Positions 23,400-35,029 of a stretch of 64,000 nt of DNA are shown here, in pieces. The stretch is taken from the NCBI RefSeq assembly GCF_006345805.1, contig NC_043003.1, forward strand, positions 76,136,001 through 76,200,000, written 5' to 3'. Under the pieces are notes generated by a model, which was not told where the DNA came from, ran no database searches, and was given only the letters and a program-made list of their open reading frames with translations. The position numbers and the translations under genes are program-made. The DNA is from Octopus sinensis (lineage: Eukaryota). Position 1 is the first letter of the stretch. Each line of letters begins with the position of its first letter.

Positions 23400-26108
23400 T
23401 CCTGCTTTTGAACAACTGACATGAAAAGCGCGTTAGATTCTTCATAGACAACATGTTCAAGTATAACCCAAAATATATTTACAGGAATATAGGGAAAGTA
23501 CTAATTAAAATAAAGTCTGTCCCATTATATGAAGAAGTGCAGGAACTTTGGAATAAAATTTGGGCAGAAGAAAAAACACACAATGATAAGGCCCCTTGGA
23601 TTGATAGAATATCTACAAACTTAGACTCATTACAAGAGCAAAAGTGGGAGGGCATCAAGGAAGTGGATCTATGATTTCCTCTCAGGAAGTCAAGCAAAGG
23701 ATAAAATTCCTAACTACTTGTCAGAGAGTCCTGTACTGCTAACAAAACTTTACGACAATGTTTTGCAACAACCTAGCATGATTTCCTCTTGTCTAGTTAA
23801 TGGTTTAACACCCCTACATCCAAAAAGTAACGACACAAATAAACCAAAAAATTATAGACCCATAACCCGCTTAACAACAACGTATACAATGCTAACATTT
23901 GTATTGACTGAATATACCTATAGTTTTTTTTTTTTATAGAAAGTGGCATATTGCCTAATGAGCAAAAAGGAAGTAAACGTGAGTCCTATTGTTGTAAAGA
24001 TCAGCTACTCATCAATAAGATGGACTTGGAAGATTGTCTCAAACGGCACAAAACCTTGTCGGTAGCCTGGGTAGACTAGAAAAAAGCTTTCGATAGTTTA
24101 CCTCATAGCTGGATTGACAAATGACCGGAAATGTATAAAACAGAACTTACTCTGCGAAACTTCTTGTCTGTAAGTATGAAAACATGGAGAACGACAGACC
24201 TCGAACAGTGACAATGAATCTCTCAATGCTGGAGATGTAATAATTTCATGTGACATTTTCCAGGTTGACTCTCTATCACCGCTCGTCTTTTGTCAAGCCT
24301 TAATACCTCTCTCGAAATTGCTTGATGTACAATAGGCTATTAAATGTTTGATAAAAATATAAATCATATCATTTACATGGAAGATTTAAAGGTTTTTTGC
24401 AAAAGATTACCAACAAGTCTTACTGGCGATCGTTAAATAATTCAGTGATGACATCAAGATTATATTTTGCCTCGAGAAATATGCAAAATCTACCTTTATC
24501 AAAGGAAAAATGACAGAAACCTTCAATTTTAATCTTGACAAGAAGAATGTCACAAAGGAGTTAGAACCAACGGTGAACTACAAATACCTAGGGGTATTTG
24601 AAGAAGACGGAATCAAACATTCAGTGATGTGGGAAAGGAAGAACAGAAGAGAATGTTATCGCAGGGTAAGGGCAATAATCAAGACAGATTTAAATTCAAG
24701 AAACAGGTTCGAAGCGATCGTTGCTTTAGCCATACCAGATGTGACTTAGAACTTCAATATCCTTAACTGGGCAATTACTAAAATATGTAATCTTGACTGA
24801 AAAATACGAAAATTGTTAACAATGCATAGAATGCATCTCCGTAAGGCAGATATAGAATGACTTTACCTGCCAAGCAAAAATAATGCCCGTAGACATTTAC
24901 AAATGGAGTTAACAATGTAGATTGCCACAAGTGACCAAGACACCTACCTGAAAACTCTGAGGACTGGATTTTAAAACTTGTTTCAAAGCATGAAAACAAG
25001 CAACCATCATTCTCTGTAACAAAATAAGTAAAGGAATATCTAAGTGAATTCCTAATACAGCGAAATCAAGAATTAGACGTACTAGAAACAAACAGAAAAA
25101 ATCTAAGCGTATGAAAACCCATTCTAAAACTGCTGCCTTAGATATTCTTACTAATAAATGGCAAGAAAAAACTCTCAAATACAAATACCCAAAGAGAACT
25201 AACAGTGGCAATGTTGTCAAATCCCTTACCCATCAATGGTTTGTGTATTCTGGCATAAAATCAGAAACAGGAGTGTTTATCATAGGTAGCCCAAGACCAA
25301 TGCCTACCTACAAGAAAGCACCAGGCCAATATATTAAAGAACGGCAGTAGACCAACATGCCATGTGTGTCAAGAAAAAATGAAATCATTGATCATGTTGT
25401 CACCAAATGCAGACTTGTTGCGTCTACTGAGTATCTCAACGGGCATGATAGAATAGCAAAATATATTCAATGGGTAATTTGCAAAAACCTGGAGAGCCCC
25501 ATGATAAAAAATGTTAGGGGCACAAACCGCCCCCAATATTTGAAAATGATCACATCTCACTCCTTTGGAAATTTAATATTCAAACTGACAGAAAGATTGA
25601 TGCGAATAGGCCAGACATCATATTGAAAGACTTGAGATAAACTTCATGAATCCTCATTGCTATGACTGTCCTAATCGACATAAATGTATCTGTCAAGACC
25701 CACAAAAACCGAGTAAGTATAAAGATATTGAAATAGAAATTGGCAAAATGTGGAAGCTGAAGACTAAAACAATACCTGATGTCATAAGTGCCATATGAAC
25801 GATAGTTAAAGGAACCGATTGCTACCTTGCTCAGATTCCAGAAAACTCCAAACTAGCATAAAAACAAAAGATAGTACTCATGGGAACTGCCCATATCCTA
25901 CGTAAATACTGTCTATGTAATCTCATATTTTAAAACAAACTCATGAATTTCTTGTTTTCTTAAACATTTTCTAGAATGATACTATGTGCAAAACCAAATA
26001 TATGGCACCCTAGGCATAATACCAACAGGAACTTCTAAATTGTTGTCTCTTGAGGTCACTGTGTGAGACTTGGAGCCAACTTGTATAAATACAAATCAAG
26101 AATCAAAC

Positions 26109-26112
<4 letters not shown>
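23400..26112 (+). mobile_element. Long degraded R4/Dong subfamily A LINE (RT through 3' UTR)
   Basis: KNYRPIT, EQKG..CKDQLLINK, W.D.KKAFDSLPHSW, FQVDSLSPL, YMEDLK motifs with many stops; ends in subfamily A 3' UTR + (AAT)n. Confidence 0.9.
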
Positions 26113-26194
<82 letters not shown>

Positions 26195-26204
26195 TAATAA
26201 TATG

Positions 26205-26415
26205 CAGATGAAATGATGGGTATTAACGATAATATGTGGGCTTGGCTTGAGCGAGGTGATTTGAAGCGTACCACCAAAAGCCTGATCATTGCTGCACAAG
26301 ACTAGGCTCTCGGTACCAAGTCAGTGAAGTATAACATCTATAAAACTTCTGGTAGCTAGAAATGCAGTCTCTATGGAAAAAGTGAGGAAATGTGACCGTC
26401 TTGGTATGTGGATGT
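26205..26415 (+). mobile_element. R4/Dong subfamily D fragment
   Basis: WAWLERGDLKRTTKSLIIAAQD. Confidence 0.65.
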
Positions 26416-26417
26416 GT

Positions 26418-26610
26418 TACCAGCATCCTTTGAGAGGCGGATTAGGTATGCCGGGGAACCTAATGCGCAAACATGCCCTTAGGATACGCCACCTGTAATG
26501 ATTTCAGGACGGTGAGCGTATGTGGGCTCCGTTTGTGAGGCTTGTCTTCCTGCAGCTCGTCTTCTTGACGCGCTGCAGTCCTGGGTGAAGAATATGCAGA
26601 GAAAGTCAAA
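26418..26610 (+). mobile_element. Tx1-like LINE internal fragment
   Basis: QHPLRGGLGMP..HALRIRHL..W.PFVR matches the 54610 ORF. Confidence 0.7.
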
Positions 26611-26650
26611 CCTTCACGCCTAATTCTAGTAAACCCAATAAAATATGTGT

Positions 26651-27560
26651 CAGAATTCCATTAGTGATTAACTGGCACCGAATATTCGCTGCCATTTTAA
26701 AAGTGTTGCATGAAAGTTACCAGTATGTTGCGGGAAATATCTTCGTTTCAAACATACATTTCCTCAGTCGCCTAGTGTAGCCTTCAAGCGAATTCCATAA
26801 CAGAATCATAACAGAAATGTAATGATTTATACAGAAGGTGGGATATGTAGAGATACCCATTTGGTGTACCCGTCAGAATGCACGAACTACAACTTGACTT
26901 ATGTTGGCTTGTACTACAGAACAATTAAACAAAAGATTTAATATAACTAAATGTTGAAGTGAATCGAACGGCTTTTGTGTGTTTCTTAAATGGCTTACAA
27001 ACACCTTCCACGCTGCAATTGTTTTCGTTTCAGTACACGATCTCAGATCAAATCACTTGCTATGCAAGTACATCTCCGTAAAAATAACAGTAGTTCAACA
27101 GAACTTGCGAAATTTTGCTTCAAACAGCTGTAATATTGAAAAAGACTTGAAAGTGTATATTCTCAGAGAATATTCTGAATCTGCTTCACTTTCACTTGTC
27201 AAAATGCTTGAGGAGAAATACGCTTGCGGGTTATTAAAATCACGCCCTGGAGGAATGAATAAAATGACAAGAGAATATCATTAAATTTATACAAACCTGT
27301 TTGATTAAATATTCTTCTTCTTCCTTTTCTCTTTTTTCTATCTTTTTCCCTCTTTTTTTCTTTCATTTTCTTTTCGCCTGTTATAAGATTGAAACTTAAA
27401 GACTAATAATGTCATTCCATCAACGTATGGACGCTGGTTGCTCTCGTCCATACTTTAGATCCGAATTTTTATAATTTTGAATTTTTGTCACTTTTTGTTT
27501 TGAACTCGACAAAGACAGGCTTGCTGTCGAAATATTGTTCAGCAAATAAAATTATCTATT
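26651..27560 (+). mobile_element. 5'-truncated copy of the Neptune-like PLE family (GIY-YIG region + 3' end)
   Basis: Collinear with 60228-61040 (AGAATTCC.TTAGTGATTAACTGGCACCG...), with an internal deletion and a ~130 bp insertion; degenerate hammerhead-like fold at 27501-27541. Confidence 0.8.
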
Positions 27561-27659
27561 GCAATCACATAGCGCTATTCGTCTTGTCTGTTTACCTTTG
27601 TAAAGAGTTACGTGAATCCTGTGATAAAAAATAAAATAATTTAATATTAAAATAATAAT

Positions 27660-27865
27660 ATGCGGTGAGCTGACAGATTCGTTAGTACGCCGGGCAGAAT
27701 ACTTGGCGGTATTTCGCTGGTCTTTATTTTCTGAGTTCAAATTACGCCGTGGTCGACTTTACATTCCATCCTTTTGGGGTTAATAAATTAAGTACCAGTC
27801 ATGTACAGGTGTCGATGTAATCGAATATGCCCCTTCCTTAAATTTCACTCCTTGTGTCTAAAGGA
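27660..27865 (+). mobile_element. MetaSINE-like tRNA SINE
   Basis: GCGGTGAGCTGACAGA head, GAGTTCAAATT, CATCCTTTTGGGGTTAATAAATTAAGTACCAG. Confidence 0.7.
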
Positions 27866-28367
27866 TTATTATGTTCCCATTAATTTGCATTTTATTTCAT
27901 TATCAGGCGAGTCTCAACCAGAGACATAACACATGTATATATTACATGGAAAGAAACTTTCTGAGAAAGTAAGCGGTTGATTTCAACATAATTTTTTCAG
28001 TCTCATAAATAGTTCGTTTACGAGGGAACTGGTTAAAAAATTTGTCACCACCTTTCTTGATTATTCCTAGGACTCCTACAGTAACAGGGATGGTTTCGGT
28101 TCTAATTTCTACATTCAAGATATCTCGATCTCATAATTCGACACTTTTCAAATGCTTCTGTTGAGATATTTCTATCAGAGAAAACTGTCATATCAATTAA
28201 CAGTTATGTTTTTATAACTTATGTCTTTGATGATGTCTGGTCTGTTACCCTTTATTTTCCTGTCTGTATGCATCCCATTATTTCATAGCTTATTATTATT
28301 GTTGTTTTTGTTGTTGTTGTTGTTGTTATTATTATTGTTATTATTATTATTATTAGTATTATTATTT

Positions 28368-29455
28368 TATGTTTGACTTTTGCTTTACAAGTTGGCTGCA
28401 AGTCTCCCCCAGAGACCTCAAGAGACAACAAGCTGGAAGTTCATGCTGTTGTTATGCATAGGGTGCCATATATTTGGTTTTGTACATAGTGTTGTTCTAG
28501 AGAATGTTTAAGAAACCATAAGAAAATTATGTTTGTTTTAAAAATTGAGATTAGATAGAAGGTATTTTGCATAGGCAGTTCCCGTGATCACTATCTTTTG
28601 AATTTCTGCCATCATAGCAATAAGTCTACTTTGCTATCATTCCCAGGGCACCTATGACAATAGGTATTGTTTTAGCCTTCAGGTTCCAAATTTTGCTAAT
28701 TTCTATTTCAAGATCGTTATACTTGCTCAGTTTTTGGTAGGTCTTGACAGATACGTTTATATCGCTTGGGACAGTCATATCAATGAGGAGGCATGATGTT
28801 TGTCTGAAGTCTTTCAATATGATGCCTGGCCTATTTGCATCTATCTTTCTGTCAGTTTGAATGGTGAAGTTCCAGAGGAATGAGATGTGATCCTTTTCAA
28901 GCACTGGGGATGGTTTCTGCTCCCACCAGTTTTTATCATGGGGCAAGTCTATGATAACATTTTGCATGATAACATTTTGCAAATTACCCAGTGAATATAT
29001 TGTGCAGCTCTATCATACCTGTTAAGGTATTCTGTAGGCGCAAGAAAACTGCACTTGGAGACAACATAATCAATAGCTTCAATTTATTGTTGATATACAC
29101 AACATGTTGGAAAGCTCCCGCTTTTAATATGTTGGCCTGGTTGTTCCTTATAGGTAGGCATTGATCTTTGGCTGCTATGATAAACCCTTCTGTTTCAGAT
29201 TTTAAGCCATTGGTGTGTAAGGGCTTTCTCAACATCGGCATTTTTCGCTCTCTTTGGGTATTTGCCATTAAGAGGTTTTTCTTCCCATTTAACAGTCAGA
29301 ATATTTAAGGCAGCAGTTTTAGCACGGGTTTTCATGCGCTTAGCTTTTTCTGCGCATGTTTCTCGTATATCTATTTCTGGAATTTGTTGTATTTGGAATT
29401 CACTTAGATATTCATTTGATTGTTTTGTTAATTAGTATGATGCTTTCTTGTTTTC
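28368..29455 (-). mobile_element. R4/Dong subfamily A 3' fragment
   Basis: ORFs 28626-28982 and 28984-29268; same 3' UTR; TTA flank. Confidence 0.85.
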
Positions 29456-29459
29456 CACG

Positions 29460-29935
29460 GCTTTTGTTGGAGATCCTGAAGTCATATATACGTAGTGGGC
29501 TTCACTACCTGCAGTCTACGGTAGCATGCTATCCGTTCTTTTCAGCTATCTAATATTTTCCGATTATTCTGGCAGTGCTAAGAAGGCAAACCTTTTGTAA
29601 CACTTCTACTGAGCACTCTATTCTAATTTCCTTTATATTCCGTTTCATGGCTTCTGATACTGTTCTCAAGAACTCAACAATAATTAGCACTCTCTTCACT
29701 TCGTTCATTTTCCATAGCCGGGCTATTTCCTACTTAAAAGTGTTGTAACTATCTATTTTTTCGCTTTTGTTCTTGACTACTCGTGGATCAAAGGGACATG
29801 CAAACTCAACTATATAACATATGTGGGGCATCTTGTCCACCACTACTAGTTCCGGAATGTTATGCTCTCGTACTTGATCTGTTTGGATTTGGAAACTCCC
29901 GAGGATTTTGCTAGTCTCCGACTCCACCGTTCTCT
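29460..29935 (-). mobile_element. R4/Dong subfamily D 3' end
   Basis: FQIQTDQ..HNIPELVVVDK..IVEFACPFD..EIARLWK..LQKVCLLSTARII. Confidence 0.7.
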
Positions 29936-29938
29936 GGA

Positions 29939-30050
<112 letters not shown>

Positions 30051-30059
30051 TGTTATTAT

Positions 30060-30255
30060 TTAAGCGAGCTGGCAGAACCCTTCGTTCTTCGGTTACAATG
30101 CTTATTGACATTTCTTTTGGACCTTTACAGTCTGAGTTGAAAGCAAACCGGTGTCAACTGTGCCTGTCATTAGTTCTGGATCGATAATATAAATATGAGT
30201 AAAGTACTGGGACTATCGTGATCAAGGAAGCCACTACTAAAATTGCTGTTCTTAC
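30060..30255 (+). mobile_element. Degraded MetaSINE-like SINE
   Basis: TAAGCGAGCTGGCAGAA head and decayed core. Confidence 0.5.
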
Positions 30256-30908
30256 GACATTTGAAACATCAGTTTTTACTATTGTTGCTGCTGATGTTTA
30301 GAAATGATTTTTTCGGTTGTTTCATTCGAGTTTCTAGAAAGAGAGAGGAGAGGAGAGGAAATCACTCGTGAAAAATATTATAATTGATGTATGAATATAT
30401 GTATGTTGTATTTATGTATTTGTGAGAGTGTGAGTTTGATTATTTGTGTGTGGGGGTATGTTTATGTGCTTGTGTGAGCATGAGTGCGTGTGTGAGCATG
30501 AGTGCGTGTGCAAATATGAATGTGTGTATATATATATTATATCCGTTCTGTCTCTGTGTGTGTGTGTTTTCTAGGATCTCGGTTATTCCCCATCCGATTG
30601 CACTCAAATTTGATATGTAGATACAGACGGTATCAGGGCATGTATAAGTCTTGAAAAAATTACAAAAATCAATTCCAGGTGAGAATGCGATTCATAAAGC
30701 CGTTGGAACGTGCATTTATAAAATCGTTTTTCGTGGAATAGAAAAAAGTGTATCTTTATTTCTTTATTTCTTCTTTTGCTGGTGTCTCAAATTTAGGTTA
30801 AATCAGTGTTTCTGAAAGGGGAGGCCTATGGGACGGTCACACAAGTAGTTTTAAGAATATTAGATTTAAATGTTTGACAACTCAGCACCGTCCGTCAGGC
30901 GGGGGGGT

Positions 30909-30943
<35 letters not shown>

Positions 30944-31684
30944 TATATATGTATGTATATATATATATATATGTACGTATGTATGTATGCATGTATGTAT
31001 GTATCTATAGAAATAGAATGACACACAGAAGTCGTCTGTAGTTCAAATTCGTTTTTCAACGCATGACTGAGAAATGACCATGAATTGACAACTTGTATTT
31101 AAAGGCACACACACGATGAAACACGCACGCATGCACACACATACAAACCTACACTCATACACACACGAGCACGCATATATTGCCACATGTAAACTACATT
31201 AATATCAATGGGGTATCGAAAACGTTAGTGTTATTTCAATAAAAATTATATTCAAAAATGTAAATTTTGAATTTAGTTTCAATTATTAAATTAAATCTCT
31301 CAATAAGTAAAAACATTTTGTTTTTGGCTTTAGAGTTATTACATATAAGTTCAAATGCTTTTTCATTAAATTGAAGCTTTTCTTTCTTTCTATATTTGTC
31401 GTCATTTTGTACTACTCCAGTTCGCCAAACACTTGAAATTATCATAAGGAGTGAGACGAAATCGATAACTGAAGCAAATTAATTAATTTGTCACTTCTCC
31501 CTAATTATTTTAAACCACTACATTGCAAGTATTACATCATCTGTACTGTTGCATCATCTTTGGGAGTAAATTGAGAGTCGGGTGACAGGTACTTTTTTTC
31601 AAGAAAGTTTTCTTTGTCTTTGATTCTATTGTAATTGTGGTTGCTAATAAAGTATCTGGATAATTTTGGGTTTTTAACAATCAA

Positions 31685-32000
31685 CAGTGGAGGCACATGG
31701 CCTAGTGGTTAGAGCAGCGGATTCGCAGTCGAGGGATCGTGGGTTCGAATCTCAGACCAGGCGATGTGTGTGTTTATGAGCGAAACACCTAATCTCCACG
31801 CGGCTCCGGCAGAAGGTAATGGCGAAACTTCTGCTGACTCTTTCGCCACAACTTTCTCTCACTCTTTCCTCCTGCATCTTGCAGCTCACCTGCGACGGAC
31901 CGGCGTCCCGTCCAGGTGGGGAACCTATACGCCAAGAAACCGGGAAACCGGCCCTTATGAGACAGGCATGGCTTGGAAAGGAAAAAAAACAAAAAACTAC
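31685..32000 (+). mobile_element. tRNA-derived SINE, third family (V-domain-like middle)
   Basis: A-box TGGCCTAGTGG, B-box GGTTCGAATC, CTGCGACGGACCGGCGTCCCGTCCAGG middle, AC-rich tail. Confidence 0.7.
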
Positions 32001-32719
32001 AATCAACATTCTCTCCACTTTTTGATTCCAAGTGAATATTCTCCTACATTAATGTCTAATTTGACAAATTTTAAGTTTCAAAAGAAGTCTAGATTGGGAC
32101 AAGATGATCAATGAATAATTTCAAAAATATTTCCTTTGTATCTCCTTGTGGCGTAATGATATCAAAAAGAGAGCGACTCTAGCAGATCGTGAAAAAGCTA
32201 TACTGAACATTTGGTGGAATTCTGGTTTAAGCATTCCATATAACTACTCATAAATTGTTCTCCGATTTTTTGCTTAATATTATGAAATTCTGTGTATAAA
32301 CACATGCAAACAATTTTTTCTCAAAATTCTAAACGATATAAAAGTTTCAGCTGTTCACACATCTCAAGACCACCTGATACCTTCCTCGTTTGTTTTTCAC
32401 TCTGACATATATTAATATTTTTCAATTTTTTTCTCCCATAATCATATTTAATGGAATAGTGATGAATGCATAGTACACTGTTATTCTGTATGTATACTCT
32501 TATTTGAAAAAAAAAATTAACCAAACTCAAAATAAAATCCAATAAACCTATAAATCAATTTCAATATTTTTAATGAAGATTTTTTACTGTCAAACAGACA
32601 GCGATGTTTTCTCATGAAAATGACGGCATTGTATTTAATACTAGCTCTTCATGCATATACATCATTTGTTGCTTCTCTCTTTACAAGAGAGTGTGTGAAA
32701 GATAGATAGACAAGTAGTT

Positions 32720-33372
32720 TTTTTTTCACTATAATAAGAAACTGTTATTATAGTGAAAATCTTTACTTAATGACTGTGACGCGTTGTCTGCATCTTGTTT
32801 TGCAACGCGTGAAAAAAAGAAAGTTAAAACCCCGACAGAAACATAGAAATTCCAAATTATATGGGACAGCTTTTCTGGAAATCATTTCCAGTTTCCAGTA
32901 GGTTTGAGGGTTACGTTACTGTTGCTTACATCTCAAACTTTGTGTAAGTATTAAGCAAAACATTCGAACTTGTCCTACTCATTTTGCTCTATCTAAATTT
33001 GGCTTTAATATGCTCAAAGGGAACAGAGATAATTTTCTGAAATAGTATTCTGAATATGTTATGGTGTTTTTAATGCATTTAGAGAAGGTCAATATGCTCA
33101 GTTGATACAGTATTGTGAGGTAATATATGCTTATTATTATTTATTTTCCTCAACGTCAAAATACAGTAGATATTTCTCATTGTGCCCCACCACCCTACTG
33201 GAAACTGGATAAGCGGATTTCTAGTATATCTGTCCATTGTAAGTTGGAATTTCCTCGTTTCTGTTGGGATTTTCACTTTATTTTATCACACATAGCAAAG
33301 ATGCAGACAAAGCAACACAGTCATTAAAAAGAAATTTCCACTATAATAACAGGTTGTTGTTATAGTGAAACA
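32720..33372. mobile_element. Foldback/MITE-like element with ~185 bp imperfect TIRs
   Basis: 32720-32905 is an inverted repeat of 33190-33372; each end is itself a hairpin (TTCACTATAATAA-N7-TTATTATAGTGAA). Confidence 0.7.
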
Positions 33373-33374
33373 AA

Positions 33375-33852
33375 TCGATACATAACGTTGTAGCAAAAAT
33401 CAGTGCTGGTTAAAATTTCTATTGAATATCAGTAGAAATAACCTTGATAATACAATGTAAAAAGCACTGCTAACTCACTAGAACTTAGTGTTGACTTATA
33501 AAAATATTTAGTATACTTTATAGTGTATTACGGTTGCATAACGAAATACCATGTACCTACAAATCATTGGCATTTACGCATCAGTTACAGAAATGCGTTT
33601 AATATGTAAACTGATATATTCAATAGCTTAACACTCTGTAAGCGGTGGATATACAAGCAACGTGTTCGGGGGTGAGAATTGTATGTATGGGTGCAGATGA
33701 AGGAGCAAACCTCACGAAACATGGCATTTACATCCGTTACCCAGTTTTTTATTCGATCTCATTGTTTGTTTACATCTGATGTCTCGATACGAAACGCTGG
33801 AGCAAAACTCAGTGCTGGCTATAATGTGTATTGAATATCTGTAAAAATAAAC
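33375..33852 (+). repeat. 69-bp direct repeats 409 bp apart with hammerhead-like cores between them
   Basis: 33375-33443 vs 33784-33852 (~12 mismatches); CAGATGA..CGAAAC at 33694 and CTGATG..CGAAAC at 33776. Confidence 0.55.
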
Positions 33853-34306
33853 TTAACTAAAAAATACCTTTCTATATATATTTCACACTCTCTCTCGGAA
33901 AGGAGAAATGATTTATATATTTGAAGATGTGGAATTAACTACAATTCCGCCAGTTTCTTAAGAAATCATTGCTTTCTCTTTGATAGTGAACAGTCTTCAT
34001 TAAAATTATTGGAATTGATTTATAGATTTATTGGATTTATTTTCAGTTTGTTTAAAAAGTTTTGAAATAGTAGTATACTTCTAAAATAACAGTCTCCAAT
34101 ACATTCACCAACATATTTATTACTTGAAAATTTTATTTATTAGTTATTAAAATTAAATGATAGCATCGCATTTCTGGGCAGGTGAACTTTGTCTCCTGGC
34201 AATCAATAGTTTCACCCAGCCTGCCTGTATGTGCTAGTATATATATATATGTATGTATGTATGTATGTATGAATGTATGCATGTATGTATATATATAGAT
34301 ATATAC

Positions 34307-34338
<32 letters not shown>

Positions 34339-34370
34339 GTATATGTATATATACGTATATAGATAGATAG

Positions 34371-34405
<35 letters not shown>

Positions 34406-34769
34406 CTAAATGATAATCACATACCATCTGAATCATTGGTTTATCTACTTCAACTTATTTTCTCGAGTTACGGTAAAATTTCTTTAAGTCTCTATCTCAG
34501 TTGATTAGTTATATATTATTGTCTTGACTTTAATGTTTTCTTCTTGATACATTCACATTGAAAATTCTTTCCCGAGTATTTCTGTATACAGATAGAAATA
34601 TGCACAAATACACGCACACGTACACGTATACGCGCACCGACACATAGACATTTTTATGCTTTTCCGATTGGATGTTTGTAATAATACACAAATTATTATG
34701 TGAACGTATAATGAATTACATATGTATGTATATACATACATACATACATGTATAGATATATAAGTATAG

Positions 34770-35010
34770 ACGGGACACCGGCTGTCCGACCGTTTCACTG
34801 AACACTTGAGGGACGTTCGCCTACACTCTCTTTCTCCCGTCGCACGCCACTTCCGCTCGGCCGGCCATTCCCTAGATGACATCTCAGTGTTTGGTCTCGC
34901 CCCCCACCATGGTCGCCCACTTTCCAGGCTCCACTTGGAGCAACGCTACATCTTCACCCTACAAACTACCACCCCACACGGACTTAACACAGCCCCCTCC
35001 TCTTGAGATC
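34770..35010 (+). pseudogene. Penelope-like GIY-YIG C-terminal fragment (GC-rich family)
   Basis: RLSDRFTEHLRDV..PVARHF..GHS..LEQRYIFTLQT..PHGLN, a typical PLE ORF end. Confidence 0.8.
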
Positions 35011-35029
35011 CGTTTTTTTTTTTTTTTTT

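Noticed and set aside
30555-30900. Possible additional Helitron/MITE fragment
   Set aside because: Motifs look transposon-like, but no termini, TIRs or second copy could be confirmed.
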